In this document: positions 26,797-37,840 of the stretch, in pieces
How the letters are laid out: every line of letters starts with the position of its first letter
Position numbering within the stretch: the first letter of the stretch is position 1
Virus record (IMG/VR): IMGVR_UViG_3300045988_025287
Coordinates: 1 to 64,000 of that record
Length of the DNA stretch: 64,000 bases
Strand: one strand, 5' to 3'
Origin: a virus
Notes under the pieces: model-generated
What the model was told of the DNA's origin: nothing
Databases searched by the model: none
What the model saw: only the letters and a program-made list of their open reading frames with translations
Made by a program: the position numbers and the translations under genes

Positions 26797-29271
26797 TTAC
26801 TTTTTTCCTTCGCCTGAGACTTTATTTTTCAGAGCTGTACGTGCTTTCAATTGTTCTCTCTTGTAAGCTTCATTGTCTTTCTGTTTCTACAGTTCTGTTT
26901 CATGTTTCATGCGATCTCTTTCCAACTACAATTTTTTATCTTCTATTTCTTTTTTCATTTTAGCTTCTCTAGCTTTGTTATTTAGTTCTAACTATTTACT
27001 AGCGGCATCAGAATTAATCTTCTACTGCTACAAAGCTTGATTACCAATTTCAATTACATCAATTTGACCATTACCATCTTGATCCATATTCTCAGCACCT
27101 CTATAAGCATTAAGTTGAGCTACAGTAATCTTAGTAGCATTATCTTGATCTATCTTATATTTTTCAAGATCCATTTCTGCTTCTTTAATCATAAGCTCCT
27201 CTTCCTTAATCTCATTTTGCATTTGAATAGCTTGCTGTTCACGTTCTGCTTGAGCTTGTTCCATAGCTTGTTGCTGCTCCATACGTTTCTGCTCAATTTC
27301 CTCTAATCTAGACTTAATCATACTAATATTATCCATAGTAATAATTTCAGCTATATCGAGTAAGCTAGCTCCGTTTTGCATAGCAGGCTGCATCAACTGC
27401 TTAAGAGTTTCTATGTACTGTTGATTCTTAGTAGTATCTTCTATAAAGATATCAAAATCTTCATAGAGCATCTCATCAGATAAGGTTAGAAAGGCTCTAG
27501 TGGCATCATCTAATATATACTGTAAATGTGTCTTACTACCATCTTTCCACGCATATCTAGCTGTGTTAAGTAACATTGTTAGACATTCTCTCTTCACTTG
27601 ATTATGTGTCCAGAACCAAGGCTCAGTTATATGGGCAGATTGTACTACTGAACGTTCTACATTACCTACTAATTCATTAGATGAAATAGAACCTTCTCTT
27701 TGTTTACTTACTCCAGATATCTCAGATAGCATACTTTCAATCTTATCCATAAGATTAATATACTAATCTATGGTATTAGCCATAGTAAGATCTAACGCTG
27801 TAATCTGATTAAACTGGCTAGGTTTACCTCCTTCTCTACCAGGTATGTCCCATCCTTCCTCATACGGATTAATAAAGTTTACACCAAGAGCAGATAAGTA
27901 ATGCATCCATTTAGATACATCTATATTCATAGATTTTGGTATCTAAGTAATATCCATATTTACTACTTTACCTTTATCTCTAGCCATAGCAAGCTCAAGT
28001 CTATACCATAGTACAATATACATATACTGTAATGGTTTCATCATGCTTACTAAACTACGAGGTCTACTGTTTGTATTATTATATACTACTCCAGTATAAG
28101 GCAATCTCTAAGAGTTAGGATTATCAGATGAAGTATATTGATATTCTAATGGTTGTATTCCTATATATAAGTCTTCTCCAGCTCTATATCCTTCCCATAC
28201 TTCAGTAATCCATTTCCATTCTACATTGAGTTCCATACCTGTCTCTTTATAGCTCTCGTCTACCTGATATTCTTTAGGCTCGCCTAATTCAGGATCAATT
28301 ATGGTAACGAAACCTATTTTCTTAAATGATTTCCAGCAACAATGCCATACTTTCACACTATTAGTACTATCAAATGGATTACTGCTAAAACCATTAATAG
28401 TATGAGTTTTAATGTGAGTGTAGTCTAAAGATGTCTTTCTTACTTCAGGATTTATACCTCCTTTAGAAGCTTGATCCATCATATCTAACAACTAATTTAG
28501 CTGTTTCTCAGACATCTTATCGTATAATCTATCATATAGTTCAGTTACAGACATATTCATTTCATAACAACACCATTCTGCGTCATGAATGAATTCCAAG
28601 TCGGACGTTTCAGTATCATAATCAAAGTAGATAGGATTAACACGTTCTAAACATGGTTCTCCATTTAGTATACCTACATAGTATATCTCTTCACCACCAA
28701 CTAAAGCATCCTTCCAACCTTTAAAGAATTCATGAGTAATATTTAACTTATTCTTTAAGTAATTAAGACTATGGTATGCAGTTACTTCTGCTATATCTTT
28801 ATAGTCTTTACTCATGTATTTTTGTATCTACTAAGGAGTCATTATCTCACCATTCTGTAAAGCTTCCTAGTATCTAGCTTGTTCTTCAGGACCTAATTTA
28901 CTCATTATAGTAGCCTGAATGTAATCTATTAAAAGCTATTTAGCTCTATCCTACATTTCACTAGCAGCTATATCACTTGTACGTACTACTCTGAAGTTGA
29001 ATGGTCTTTTAGTCTCTTCTCCCAACAGTAAATCTATCTCAGGCTTAATTATATTATAATCCTAAGCCATTGCAGGAAAGCCGTCCTGCTGTTTAAAAGG
29101 ATTAGTAACATACTTTAGATCTTTTTCATTGTATATACTATTATAAAGATCATAGTACGTCTGCATCTCCTCTCTGCGAGTTCTGTTATTACCATTTCTA
29201 GAACCTCCTAAACTACGGCCTATAACATAGTCTATACAACTTTCTTGCCAGTCTTTTGTCTTCTTAGACAT
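26797..29271 (-). CDS. Portal protein, 824 aa, about 15 TAG (start could be 29310)
   Basis: Track ORFs 29062.., 28492.., 28108.., 27028.. are in one frame. I walked all gaps and found only TAG. TAA TAA at 26794-26799. Call rests on size and position directly after TerL. Confidence 0.7.
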
Positions 29272-29312
29272 AGGAAGTTTCTATATTGGCATTTGATTAA
29301 TATTATTCATAA

Positions 29313-32300
29313 TTAAAACATATATGCTTCGATATTATCTATAGCTTCGTCGTCACGAAACCATTCTTGAGTAAATATAGGGCCTTCAAACAGTACCCTA
29401 TTTCTATTCTCTTTTTTAATCTCTTTTACTTTAACATTATATAGCTATTCTCTATATATCATTACTTGGGTCAACGCCATTACACGGTCTACGTTAACTA
29501 CATCATTTGCAGCTATAAGTTCCTCTAATAGCGGTTCCGACATTATATTGTATAAGTTCTTCTTGCCATCTGCATTAATATCGTTTAGCCAATCCTTTAT
29601 TAGACCCCAACCCCATTGCTTAATTTGCTTATTCATGTGGCAGCCCTTCTTTCTATTTACTTTAGAATTACTTACTATATCATTGATTATATCTGGTTGA
29701 TCAGCAAGTAAGTAGTCACAATGCTTATTAGTAAAGTAAACAAATATACCCTTATTTTGATTCTCATACATAGCTCTAGCATTGTAGTATATAAGCAATT
29801 TACGCACATTTTCGTAGAAATCTTCTGCTGATTTAGGTCTACCAGTATACTCCGCTACTATGATATCTGAGTACTACTCTATAGACTATACTCTTTTATA
29901 TATGAAACAAGAACCTAATGATGTAGTACTTGATTCGTCATAATCATATGAGTCTATACCTGCAATATATAAACCAACACTAGCATCTTTATTAGGATGT
30001 TCCCATATTACTATAGATCCAGTAGGATCATCGCCTATTAATGCTCCAGTAACTTCATCGCGTTTAGTTCTCAAAGGGTAGTGTGTTATATCTCCAGTTT
30101 TTTTAATAACCCATTTAAGGCTACCATCCGGTTGCCATACTAAATCACCTACCTATTTATGATTCTATAATTTTTTGTTAGTCCTAAGTAACGCTAACTG
30201 CTCTTGCAATTCTTTTTTGGGAAAAATGTTACCATTAAACTCTAACATTGCTTCTGCTGGAGTAATAGGTCTTTCTGCAACGTATCTATCAACCGCTGCG
30301 TTATTAGTAGCATTAGTTATTACTACTTGCCTTTCTGCTAATATGTGTTCTAAAGACTTCTTACGGTATGTATTACCGTCCTCATCCATATATATACGTT
30401 TACCATTTTCATCACGTATATCTAAGTTAGTATATTGAGGTACAAAGAAACCGCATTTATTAGTAGTAGCAGACTCATCCCATATGTTATCAAACCCTAA
30501 ACAATTATATCCATCAGGGTTATAGAACATATCCTTCATAGTCTCAAATGCAGAATTATGAGTAATAATTCCATTTACAAGATAAGTATGAGTATTTCCA
30601 GCAGTTATATTATAAATAGTTTTTGCCCCTACATTTTCAATGTTTACTATTTTCTCATAATAAAATCCTCTATCTTTTTGTAAAGATTTTTGATTTTCAT
30701 AGTATTTAGCGGCCTATTCTAATCTTTTCTATTTGTACTTGACTAGAAATTTTATGTTTTTATGAAAATTAATAATGCTATCCCTATCATGAATATCTAA
30801 AGAGTAATATACACTGTTCTAATTTTCACAAACACTATTTCTAGATGGTTTTTTATTTACTTTATAAATATAACCCCTTATTCCTAATTTCTATAAAAGA
30901 TATAACACCTATTTTAATAGTTCTTCACTACTCTATGTAAGGTTTATTATAGTAGAATACTTATTACGTTTTTTATAATATATTGTGGAAACACAACCAT
31001 CAGTATCATATAATCCTCCTAAAAGTTCAGTTATACTACTTTTATCACAGGTGTTAATAATTTCTGGTAATCGTTTATTTGTTTTTGTTTGTCCAGATAT
31101 ACCTAATTTGTTTATATCATATTTAGCTTTACGAACTCTTAATTCTTTTAATATTCTACCGTCTTTAGTAGTATAACTACCAGTTGTAACACATGGGTAT
31201 AAGTTTTCAATGAACGATTGAATTTCAACATCACATGAAGTTAGTCTAACAGAAGAATTATTCATGTAAGAACCATCCCCAATAAATATACCTATTGCTC
31301 TAGCATTATTAATAGAATCCTATCCAAAGTATGGTATACTTTTTGCTATTGCTACATAATTACCTATTACTAATTCTTGTGCCTAATGCCAATCGAATTT
31401 TAAACAATCGTTGTAATCTTTTTCATTACTGCTAAGAATAGGATGATCTATACTACACTCAATTGTTCTTCCTGAGTTAGTAGTAAGCTTAATGCATTCT
31501 TTTTTGCTAGGTATATTTATAAAATTAATAGGTTCCTCAGTGACTATTTTATTATTATTGTCATATCCTACTAACTTATCCTTTTTGGTAATATCTTTTA
31601 TAGATAATTGTCTACCGTCACTAGTATATACTAGATTGTCTTCTGTAATACAGCCTTCATCACCACCAGTACCCCATACTATCATAGTACCAAAGGCTAT
31701 ACCATCTACCTCTACAGAAGGTCTAGCGATTTGCCATGCTGCTCCTAATTCAGAGAAAGAACCACCTTCCTCAAACATAATAAGGTTAGCTTTCTTACCA
31801 CGTACTACATCAGGATTATCTTTCAAAGTAACACCTATAATTTCTGACTTATAACCTAATTCTATGATATTACCATAGTCATCCTTAGTATAGAATCCAG
31901 CACGTCTACGCATCTAAGTGTTAACTGATCTCTTCTTACCCCACGCAGTATTCTTATCTATAAAGTCCATATAATCCCAAGCTTTAGTAAGAATACCATC
32001 ATCTGTCAAATACTATTTATTTGATGCATATATGAAGGTTTTAGAGTATGGTATTAGATAGAAATTACGACATGCCATAGAACCGCCTTTGTATGAGAAA
32101 CCCTTACGTCTAGACTTAAGTAAGCATAAGTGTTTGCCCTATTCTTGAGCCTCCTATACTGCATTAAAATAGTAATAATCATAATCCCAGAAGTCAGGAA
32201 ATGTCACCTCATTAACACGCTTTACTTTAGTCTTTCCAAACTCATCTGTAGTAATATGATTGACTATACGGGATATAGGACAATAGTTTAAATAAAAATA

Positions 32301-32492
32301 GTTATACCCACTAATGAAATCCCCATCATCAGCTGTATAACCATCTACACATCTTTTACTTTCCTCATCCCAGAACTTAAAATATTCTGAAGTACCTTCT
32401 GGATATACGCAATAAGAACCAGTAGCTATAAACTATAGTGCTGGCCCTCTAAATTTATTACTATTTACTATCTTCTTATTGAAGTCTACCAT
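29313..32492 (-). CDS. terL: Terminase large subunit including a 366-aa intein (693-aa mature extein), about 18 TAG
   Basis: Six track ORFs share one frame. All gaps were walked and contain only TAG. TAA at 29313. Extein motifs: FPDFWDYDYYYF, KANLIMFEEGG (Walker B-like), LYIAGIDSYDYD (nuclease). Confidence 0.85.
30555..31652 (-). mobile_element. Intein with LAGLIDADG homing endonuclease inside TerL
   Basis: N-junction GTGGDEG|CITEDNLVY. LAGLIDADG blocks IGIFIGDGSY and LLGGLYDTDGCV. C-junction THTYLVNGIITHN|SAFE. 1098 nt, in frame. Confidence 0.8.
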
Positions 32493-32500
32493 TCTTGTTC

Positions 32501-32659
32501 TTACTATTTGATGAGATTATTTAAAGCTTCTTTTATAGTTTTTCCTGTTTGTTTCTCTAATTCTCCCAACGCCATATTCCACATTTCCAGATTAATTGAA
32601 TACTCATCAAGTTCGTTCTGCATAAAAAAAGTTACATTCTTACCTCTAAGTTTATCCAT
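32501..32659 (-). CDS. Small ORF upstream of TerL, 52 aa (penultimate codon TAG)
   Basis: MDKLRGKNVTFFMQNELDEYSINLEMWNMALGELEKQTGKTIKEALNNLIK-TAG-TAA. Ends 9 nt before the TerL ATG. Confidence 0.4.
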
Positions 32660-32674
32660 ATTAGTACGCTTTAT

Positions 32675-32708
32675 ATTTAAAAGGGGCGCGTTTCACAACG
32701 AACCCCTT
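32675..32708 (-). terminator. Intrinsic terminator-like hairpin (minus strand)
   Basis: Minus-strand AAGGGG-16 nt-CCCCTT followed by TTAAAT. Lies between the structured tract and the small ORF/TerL. Confidence 0.5.
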
Positions 32709-33264
32709 CCATTCAAATGATATTTATATGTTTTTTAACAGAAATTGGGGAGATTTCTGTAGCTGTAACCTAGTTTCTTGAGCTAGGGATTTATACGCCG
32801 TATATTTAGTACTCCCCACCTGGGCTAACGTTTACCCCAGACTACCTGTTCACGATAACTACCTATCCAACAAGTTTCCTTCTGCTATTATAGTTTCAAA
32901 GGACTGGTATTTTAAATTAGTAGTCCCTGTAGGTATCGATCCCACTCCTCCCGGGTTCATGCTACTCTTACTTTTACATAAGCCTTCTCAGTGAGAAGTT
33001 GTAGTCTGGACTATTTCATGACCATATTCTACTAGAACTTAGGCCTCTCCCGTATAGTCTCTACGCCATTTATCAGCAGATGCTGAATTTAGTAAGCCAT
33101 CGCCAAAGTAATATCGCTATTACGAGGTTTCTGTTTGTTAGAGAGATTTTTCAATACATATTTCTACGTAAAGCTCCTACCTAAAAGAGCCGGGCGCGCT
33201 AGCCAGTACGCAAAGGGACAGTGCACGTGGATATTCTTACCCTCCACGTAAGGGTTCTGATGGT
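32709..33264 (-). ncRNA. ORF-free structured tract (about 556 nt), candidate ncRNA or leader of the packaging operon
   Basis: No minus-strand ORF. GC-richer than flanks. Helices at 33225-33231/33243-33249 and 32738-32745/32753-32760. The loop of the second helix (CTCCCCA) is complementary to GGGGAG at 32812-32817. Confidence 0.45.
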
Positions 33265-33402
33265 TTAGAACCAAGATTTAATTCTTTGCCATAATGACTT
33301 CTTTACAGGTTTGTTCAAATATTCAGAAGCTTCTTCAATCTGTCTAAATACTTCTTCTGTATCCTTAGTCAAGTCTATAGTAATCGTAAATTTCTTATTC
33401 AT
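33265..33402 (-). CDS. Small ORF, 45 aa
   Basis: MNKKFTITIDLTKDTEEVFRQIEEASEYLNKPVKKSLWQRIKSWF, TAA stop. Below the track threshold. Confidence 0.35.
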   Translation of the reverse strand: MNKKFTITIDLTKDTEEVFRQIEEASEYLNKPVKKSLWQRIKSWF

Positions 33403-33459
33403 AATATTTTCATTTATACACTATAACGTGTTGTTAATATTTAGTTATATTTTAATGTA

Positions 33460-33990
33460 TTATTTCGCCAACTCATATGGATTTACTTTAGCGTCTCCTT
33501 TAACTTTACCTATAGCTAATTCTTCAGCTTTAACCATTGTTTCTAGTGAATCAATACTCTTAAGTACTCCACCAACGGAAGTCATGCCAGCTAACAAGTC
33601 CTTAATCTTCTTTTCATCTAAAGTATCGTCTAATGACTCTTTATAGTACTTACTCACACTATCTAACTTTAGACGCATATTGTTTAACATTTGTAGAGCT
33701 CTAGTATTAAGTAAGGTTTTATATTCATCTTCACAAATCAATTCTTCTGCCGTCAATTTGTAATTCTCATCATCGAATATTTCCTTTTTCAGTTTAAGTT
33801 CTCTACTGTCTTCATCCATACTTTGTACATAAGGGCTATCCCATTTATTCATAAGTACAATGTAACTTATTACTTTAGTAGCATGCTCCTTATCAGGTTT
33901 ATCTGCATCCCACACTCTTCTAAAGCATGGGATGCCTATAGCATCTGGGTGTATTTTTACTTTACCTCCAATAAGATCAAATAGTTTCAT
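33460..33990 (-). CDS. Hypothetical protein, 176 aa
   Basis: Intact track ORF with TAA stop. No motif. Confidence 0.6.
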   Translation of the reverse strand: MKLFDLIGGKVKIHPDAIGIPCFRRVWDADKPDKEHATKVISYIVLMNKWDSPYVQSMDEDSRELKLKKEIFDDENYKLTAEELICEDEYKTLLNTRALQMLNNMRLKLDSVSKYYKESLDDTLDEKKIKDLLAGMTSVGGVLKSIDSLETMVKAEELAIGKVKGDAKVNPYELAK

Positions 33991-34291
33991 TCGTAAGAAC
34001 TTGTTTATTATCTTCTTTACTCCATCTTATAAGATCGTCTTTAGCAAAAGCATCAGAACAGACTATCGGCTTTAGATTCCACTTACTACTTACACTATCA
34101 TATTTACTTAATATAAGTACAATGTCTCCTAGTTTATAGTCTATTACTTCTTCTTCTGTTATTATTTGACCATCCTACTATGCTATATATATAGTTCTAC
34201 ATTCAAAGTTATCAGATACATTTTTAATGCTATTAGTATCTACTTTATATAAAATAGCATTACCGTATTGATCTATCAATAATTTATCCAT
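33977..34291 (-). CDS. Hypothetical protein, 104 aa, with tandem in-frame TAG TAG
   Basis: MDKLLIDQYGNAILYKV...YIA-TAG-TAG-DGQIITEEEV... TGA overlaps the next ATG. Absent from the track because of the TAGs. Confidence 0.5.
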
Positions 34292-34292
34292 A

Positions 34293-34667
34293 TTAACAAC
34301 CACACTGTACAGGTTCACAAGCACAATCACATTCAATATCACAAGAAGTAGATTTCTTTTTTTCTTCTTGCCCCTTTTCTAGCAATCTGTTATAGTGATT
34401 CTTTACTTCATCATTTTCAATAAAGATGTACTCTGCATCACTTTCTTTATCTATAGGATACAATTTTATTACCATAGTGCCTTTAGTAACACTCCTTCTC
34501 TCTTTAGAACCATCTTTCTTTGTATAGATCCACTCTCCATCTTCAGGAATATACCACGTATAGTCTACATAAAAATGATTTAGTAAGCTAACATTTTCTA
34601 CTTCTTTATCGTAACTAATAACCGTACCTCTATCTACTGAACAAATATACTTAATCATAATAATCAA
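34293..34667 (-). CDS. Hypothetical protein, 124 aa, Cys-rich C-terminus
   Basis: Track ORF. C-end STSCDIECDCACEPVQCGC. Confidence 0.55.
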   Translation of the reverse strand: MIIMIKYICSVDRGTVISYDKEVENVSLLNHFYVDYTWYIPEDGEWIYTKKDGSKERRSVTKGTMVIKLYPIDKESDAEYIFIENDEVKNHYNRLLEKGQEEKKKSTSCDIECDCACEPVQCGC

Positions 34668-34718
34668 TCAATTAAATAACCTAAATAATATTCTTTCTAT
34701 AATCTCGCTATAATTTCC

Positions 34719-35099
34719 TTAGCACGCCCCATCGGTACATTCGGATTCACATAATCTGGTTTTATTTGATAATTCTGTATTATCTACTAAAACTTCTCTA
34801 TCTCCTCCTGTATGCTCTACTTTTTTATATTCTTCATACTTCTTAAATAGCATATCACACATTGCATTTACCTGATCGACTCTACTAGGTTCTGCATTAC
34901 TCTTCCCATTATCTACTATAGTAGTAGTAATACTGTCAATTACATCATTTGTGAAATCTTCATAAGTAATTACGCCTTCATTAATTAATTCATCTACTTT
35001 GTTATATAGGCGCTTCATTTCCTTACTAAATGAACCATAGAGTGGTTTATTGTTTTCCACTTCTAATTTCCACATCATTTTACTTTCTTCAATTGTCAT
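34719..35099 (-). CDS. Hypothetical protein, 126 aa
   Basis: Track ORF. C-end RLCESECTDGAC. Confidence 0.55.
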   Translation of the reverse strand: MTIEESKMMWKLEVENNKPLYGSFSKEMKRLYNKVDELINEGVITYEDFTNDVIDSITTTIVDNGKSNAEPSRVDQVNAMCDMLFKKYEEYKKVEHTGGDREVLVDNTELSNKTRLCESECTDGAC

Positions 35100-35526
35100 A
35101 TTCTTTGTTTTTTAACTCATTACAGATAGTATTACTTATATTTCCTGCAGCCCATCCTACTAAGTAGGCATACGCTTCATTGCCGTCTTTAAAGTCTTGC
35201 GTATATAAACCTAATTGTTCACAAAAGTAATCTGCAACATGTACTGCCTCATGAGGAATCATATCTGGAGTAATATCTTCTGTACTAGTAACAGCTATCA
35301 CTATCACACCGTATTTATTATCACTCTTACGTATTACTTTACAAGTAACCATTCCTCCATCATATTTATCTATTTCTTGTAATAACTTGTTGTATTCACT
35401 TCCATCATTATTACCGTATACATCAAGAAATATAAAATATTTATCTAAATCCTCAATATTAGTACTTACAAATAATAGTCTAGGGTATATCTCAGGACTA
35501 TAAACATCATACGGTTTCTTTTTCAT
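35089..35526 (-). CDS. Hypothetical protein with HExxH motif, 145 aa
   Basis: Track ORF. DMIPHEAVHVADYF suggests a small metallopeptidase fold. Confidence 0.45.
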   Translation of the reverse strand: MKKKPYDVYSPEIYPRLLFVSTNIEDLDKYFIFLDVYGNNDGSEYNKLLQEIDKYDGGMVTCKVIRKSDNKYGVIVIAVTSTEDITPDMIPHEAVHVADYFCEQLGLYTQDFKDGNEAYAYLVGWAAGNISNTICNELKNKEYDN

Positions 35527-35701
35527 ATCTTTTCTTTAATTTGAATTTACCTAAGTAAGAGAATCTAACTGGTTTAGGATCTAAGTTAGAGATGATACTA
35601 TTAGTAAACCTAAATGGGCTGTTACATATTACTTCTATGATAGGGTATGGTATGTTATACTTGTTACTTAATTTAGTATATATACTCACTTGATTCCTCA
35701 T
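35507..35701 (-). CDS. Hypothetical protein, 64 aa
   Basis: Track ORF, overlaps its neighbours in operon style. Confidence 0.45.
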   Translation of the reverse strand: MRNQVSIYTKLSNKYNIPYPIIEVICNSPFRFTNSIISNLDPKPVRFSYLGKFKLKKRYEKETV

Positions 35702-36056
35702 TTAAATCTATCTTTTTGTAATACTTACATTCTTCTAAAGTAGAATAATCATTAAATGTATTAGGTCTTACTATATTGATTATAGCCTTGATATCTTCCC
35801 AATTTCTATCATTTACACAATTATCATAAACAGATTGTAGTTTGTGTATCTCCTGTTTACTATATTTACGTATAGGAGCATATGCAACAAAATTATATCT
35901 ATCTATTGTAAGTAACTCTATACTAGTAGGAATAATCTCAAACTTATTATATGGTAAGTCTCTCTTCTTTAACTTATTCCACAACTTAGTAAATATGTTA
36001 TATTCCTTCCAACATAATATAGTGCCAGGTCTTACTATTGTTGTTTTAATCTTCAT
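35673..36056 (-). CDS. Hypothetical protein, 127 aa
   Basis: Track ORF. Confidence 0.5.
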   Translation of the reverse strand: MKIKTTIVRPGTILCWKEYNIFTKLWNKLKKRDLPYNKFEIIPTSIELLTIDRYNFVAYAPIRKYSKQEIHKLQSVYDNCVNDRNWEDIKAIINIVRPNTFNDYSTLEECKYYKKIDLNEESSEYIY

Positions 36057-36423
36057 CTTTATTTACTCTTAATATTATAGTAATTTGTACTCTATCGCCG
36101 ATTATTTCAGGTATAAGCGCCTTATTTACTACAACTTCATCTTCAATCTTACCTTTAATTAATATACCTTGATTCTTAAACTTAGTTATATATCTACTGA
36201 GATTATCAGGAGTAATACCTAATACTTTTCTAATATACTTCCTATTTTCAGTAGATATTACATTCTTACTTATGTTAGGGAGCTTAGGAGTGTTAATATC
36301 TATTGCTATGAACGTAGCCAGTAACTCTAGCTCCCTATCAGTAAGATCAAGTATACCATTAAGGCTCTTTAAGAATTCTGTATTTAAATCGGCTTTGCTT
36401 ACGCTTTTTACCAATTTATTCAT
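36046..36423 (-). CDS. Possible winged-helix DNA-binding protein, 125 aa
   Basis: Track ORF. The segment ENRKYIRKVLGITPDNLSRYITKFKNQGIL looks HTH-like. Confidence 0.4.
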   Translation of the reverse strand: MNKLVKSVSKADLNTEFLKSLNGILDLTDRELELLATFIAIDINTPKLPNISKNVISTENRKYIRKVLGITPDNLSRYITKFKNQGILIKGKIEDEVVVNKALIPEIIGDRVQITIILRVNKDED

Positions 36424-36793
36424 TTGTTAACGTATCCTTAATTTTATTTAAAACCTTATTTAAGTTATAATATACTGTCTCAGCTTCTAACTTAACACAA
36501 GGCTGTATTTCGCCTTTATTTGCTTTTTCATTAGTCTCTTTTAAGTTACTTTCGTATTTCTTAAGTAAGTCATCAATGAGCTCTAAAGTAGCATCTACGT
36601 TATACTTACTTTCATCATCAACACTTAAAAGGTAACCTTCTTCACATAAGTAATCTGCAGTATCATAATCTAAAGACATCATTCTAGTGTAATTATCTTC
36701 AGCAATGTTAAATGATACTAAACCTGTTTCATCTTCTGCTAATACATCACCTTTCTTAGCAGAACCAAATTCCTTAATTACTTTGTAGCTCAT
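36416..36793 (-). CDS. Hypothetical protein, 125 aa
   Basis: Track ORF. Confidence 0.5.
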   Translation of the reverse strand: MSYKVIKEFGSAKKGDVLAEDETGLVSFNIAEDNYTRMMSLDYDTADYLCEEGYLLSVDDESKYNVDATLELIDDLLKKYESNLKETNEKANKGEIQPCVKLEAETVYYNLNKVLNKIKDTLTNE

Positions 36794-36839
36794 AATATTT
36801 ATTTTAAATGTTTATGTATCTATAAACGGTAGAATAAAT

Positions 36840-36870
36840 AAATGTTAAAATCTGTTAACATTTATTAACA
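36840..36870 (-). promoter_or_regulatory. TTAACA-box cluster (inverted repeat AAATGTTAA/TTAACATTT plus TTAACATTTATTAACA)
   Basis: Lies between the terminator at 36886-36913 and the gene start at 36793. The same 16-mer recurs at 38162-38177, with a variant at 40465-40481. Confidence 0.4.
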
Positions 36871-36885
36871 CTTATTATATAGATA

Positions 36886-36913
36886 ATAAAAAACCCTGAC
36901 TAACGCCAGGGTT
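36886..36913 (-). terminator. Intrinsic terminator (minus strand)
   Basis: Minus-strand AACCCTG-8 nt-CAGGGTT followed by TTTTTTATT, 25 nt after the stop of 36939..37298. Confidence 0.65.
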
Positions 36914-36938
36914 CATTCTAACAATGAGTTAAGCAAAT

Positions 36939-37298
36939 TTAAATTGTATTTGATATAGCAATTATATCATATGGTTTGACTAATTGACTATCCTTAAACA
37001 AATCAAAGTCCTTAGCAAACTTTTTATTATAAACAATAGTATCTCCTACTTTATATTCACATTCTGTTAAGCATGTAGGAACTTTCAGTACTACACCTGT
37101 TGAATACTCAGACTCTACCTCCTTAGTTTCAGTTTGCGTATCATACTTATTGAAACCATCTTCATCAACTTCACCTGTAGGAATCTGCTCTGTAATCTCT
37201 TTAGTAACCATGACAGGTGCTAGAGGTTTAACCAACACATCCTTCAACATAGTATACTTAATTCCATTTACTACTGTTTCTAGTACTTTATCTTCCAT
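36939..37298 (-). CDS. GroES/gp31-like co-chaperonin candidate, 119 aa
   Basis: Pattern LKDVLVKPL...(long acidic loop)...GVVLKV...VGDTIVY...LVKPYDIIAI parallels the GroES layout. By eye only. Confidence 0.4.
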   Translation of the reverse strand: MEDKVLETVVNGIKYTMLKDVLVKPLAPVMVTKEITEQIPTGEVDEDGFNKYDTQTETKEVESEYSTGVVLKVPTCLTECEYKVGDTIVYNKKFAKDFDLFKDSQLVKPYDIIAISNTI

Positions 37299-37329
37299 AA
37301 TATTCTATATTTAATACTCAAATAACGTA

Positions 37330-37539
37330 TTATTTCTTATTTTGTTTCTCTAATATTAATATATTTCCGCCATTAGAACAACAATAACGTCTAGCCAAAG
37401 TAGGGCAGTTTCTATTTAAGAAATAACAGCCATCACAACTACCTATTGGATTAGACTCTATTATAAACTATTTGTTGTCTATTGTTACTGGTATTCTATC
37501 TCTTACTATCTTTGCTAATTCCTAATCATTTAATGTCAT
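37330..37539 (-). CDS. Small Cys-rich protein, 69 aa, 2 TAG; paralog of 37837..38028
   Basis: MTLND-TAG-ELAKIVRDRIPVTIDNK-TAG-FIIESNPIGSCDGCYFLNRNCPTLARRYCCSNGGNILILEKQNKK. Compare GMCQGCDLYNYYCPSRITSLCTQGFILKRDKQ. Confidence 0.5.
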
Positions 37540-37840
37540 AGTTTTTTCCTTTTCCGTGTTTATCTAAGTAAAGCATAGCTATTGCATTCCAAGCTACTTG
37601 ACTTAGGTGATGACAACCAGTTTCATTATCAACTTCATTGCCCTTCTCATATTCAAGTAAGTGCCTTAACATAGCTGCTTTATAACGTTGGTAGCCATTC
37701 TCTAAGTTCTGCCAATTATTATCACCATATTTAATAGAACCTGCTGTATATACTTTAACAATATCTTCAATCTCTTCTAATGGTAGCAAGTCCCAACGTA
37801 GCTTACCATCTTGGTAATCATTCTTCTTTCCTTCTTTCAT
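37526..37840 (-). CDS. Hypothetical protein, 104 aa (GKLRWDLLP motif, possibly nucleotide pyrophosphohydrolase-associated domain)
   Basis: Track ORF with TGA stop. The domain assignment is from memory of the motif only. Confidence 0.35.
   Translation of the reverse strand: MKEGKKNDYQDGKLRWDLLPLEEIEDIVKVYTAGSIKYGDNNWQNLENGYQRYKAAMLRHLLEYEKGNEVDNETGCHHLSQVAWNAIAMLYLDKHGKGKNYDIK

Noticed and set aside
501-32492. Reading the many short minus-strand ORFs as separate genes or as pseudogene fragments of a decaying prophage
   Set aside because: The fragments are in frame with each other, are separated only by TAG, and assemble into full-length proteins with continuous motifs ending in TAA/TGA. Decay would produce mixed stop types and frameshifts.
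32709-33264. tmRNA, RNase P RNA or an embedded tRNA in the structured tract upstream of TerL (there is a T-arm-like GTGGG-ATCGATA-CCTAC)
   Set aside because: I could not build a matching acceptor stem or a tag reading frame, nor find the conserved RNase P boxes (GGAAAGTCCGGGCT, ACAGAACCCGGCTTA type). I also rejected it as an intron, because the flanking small ORFs do not join into a recognisable gene.
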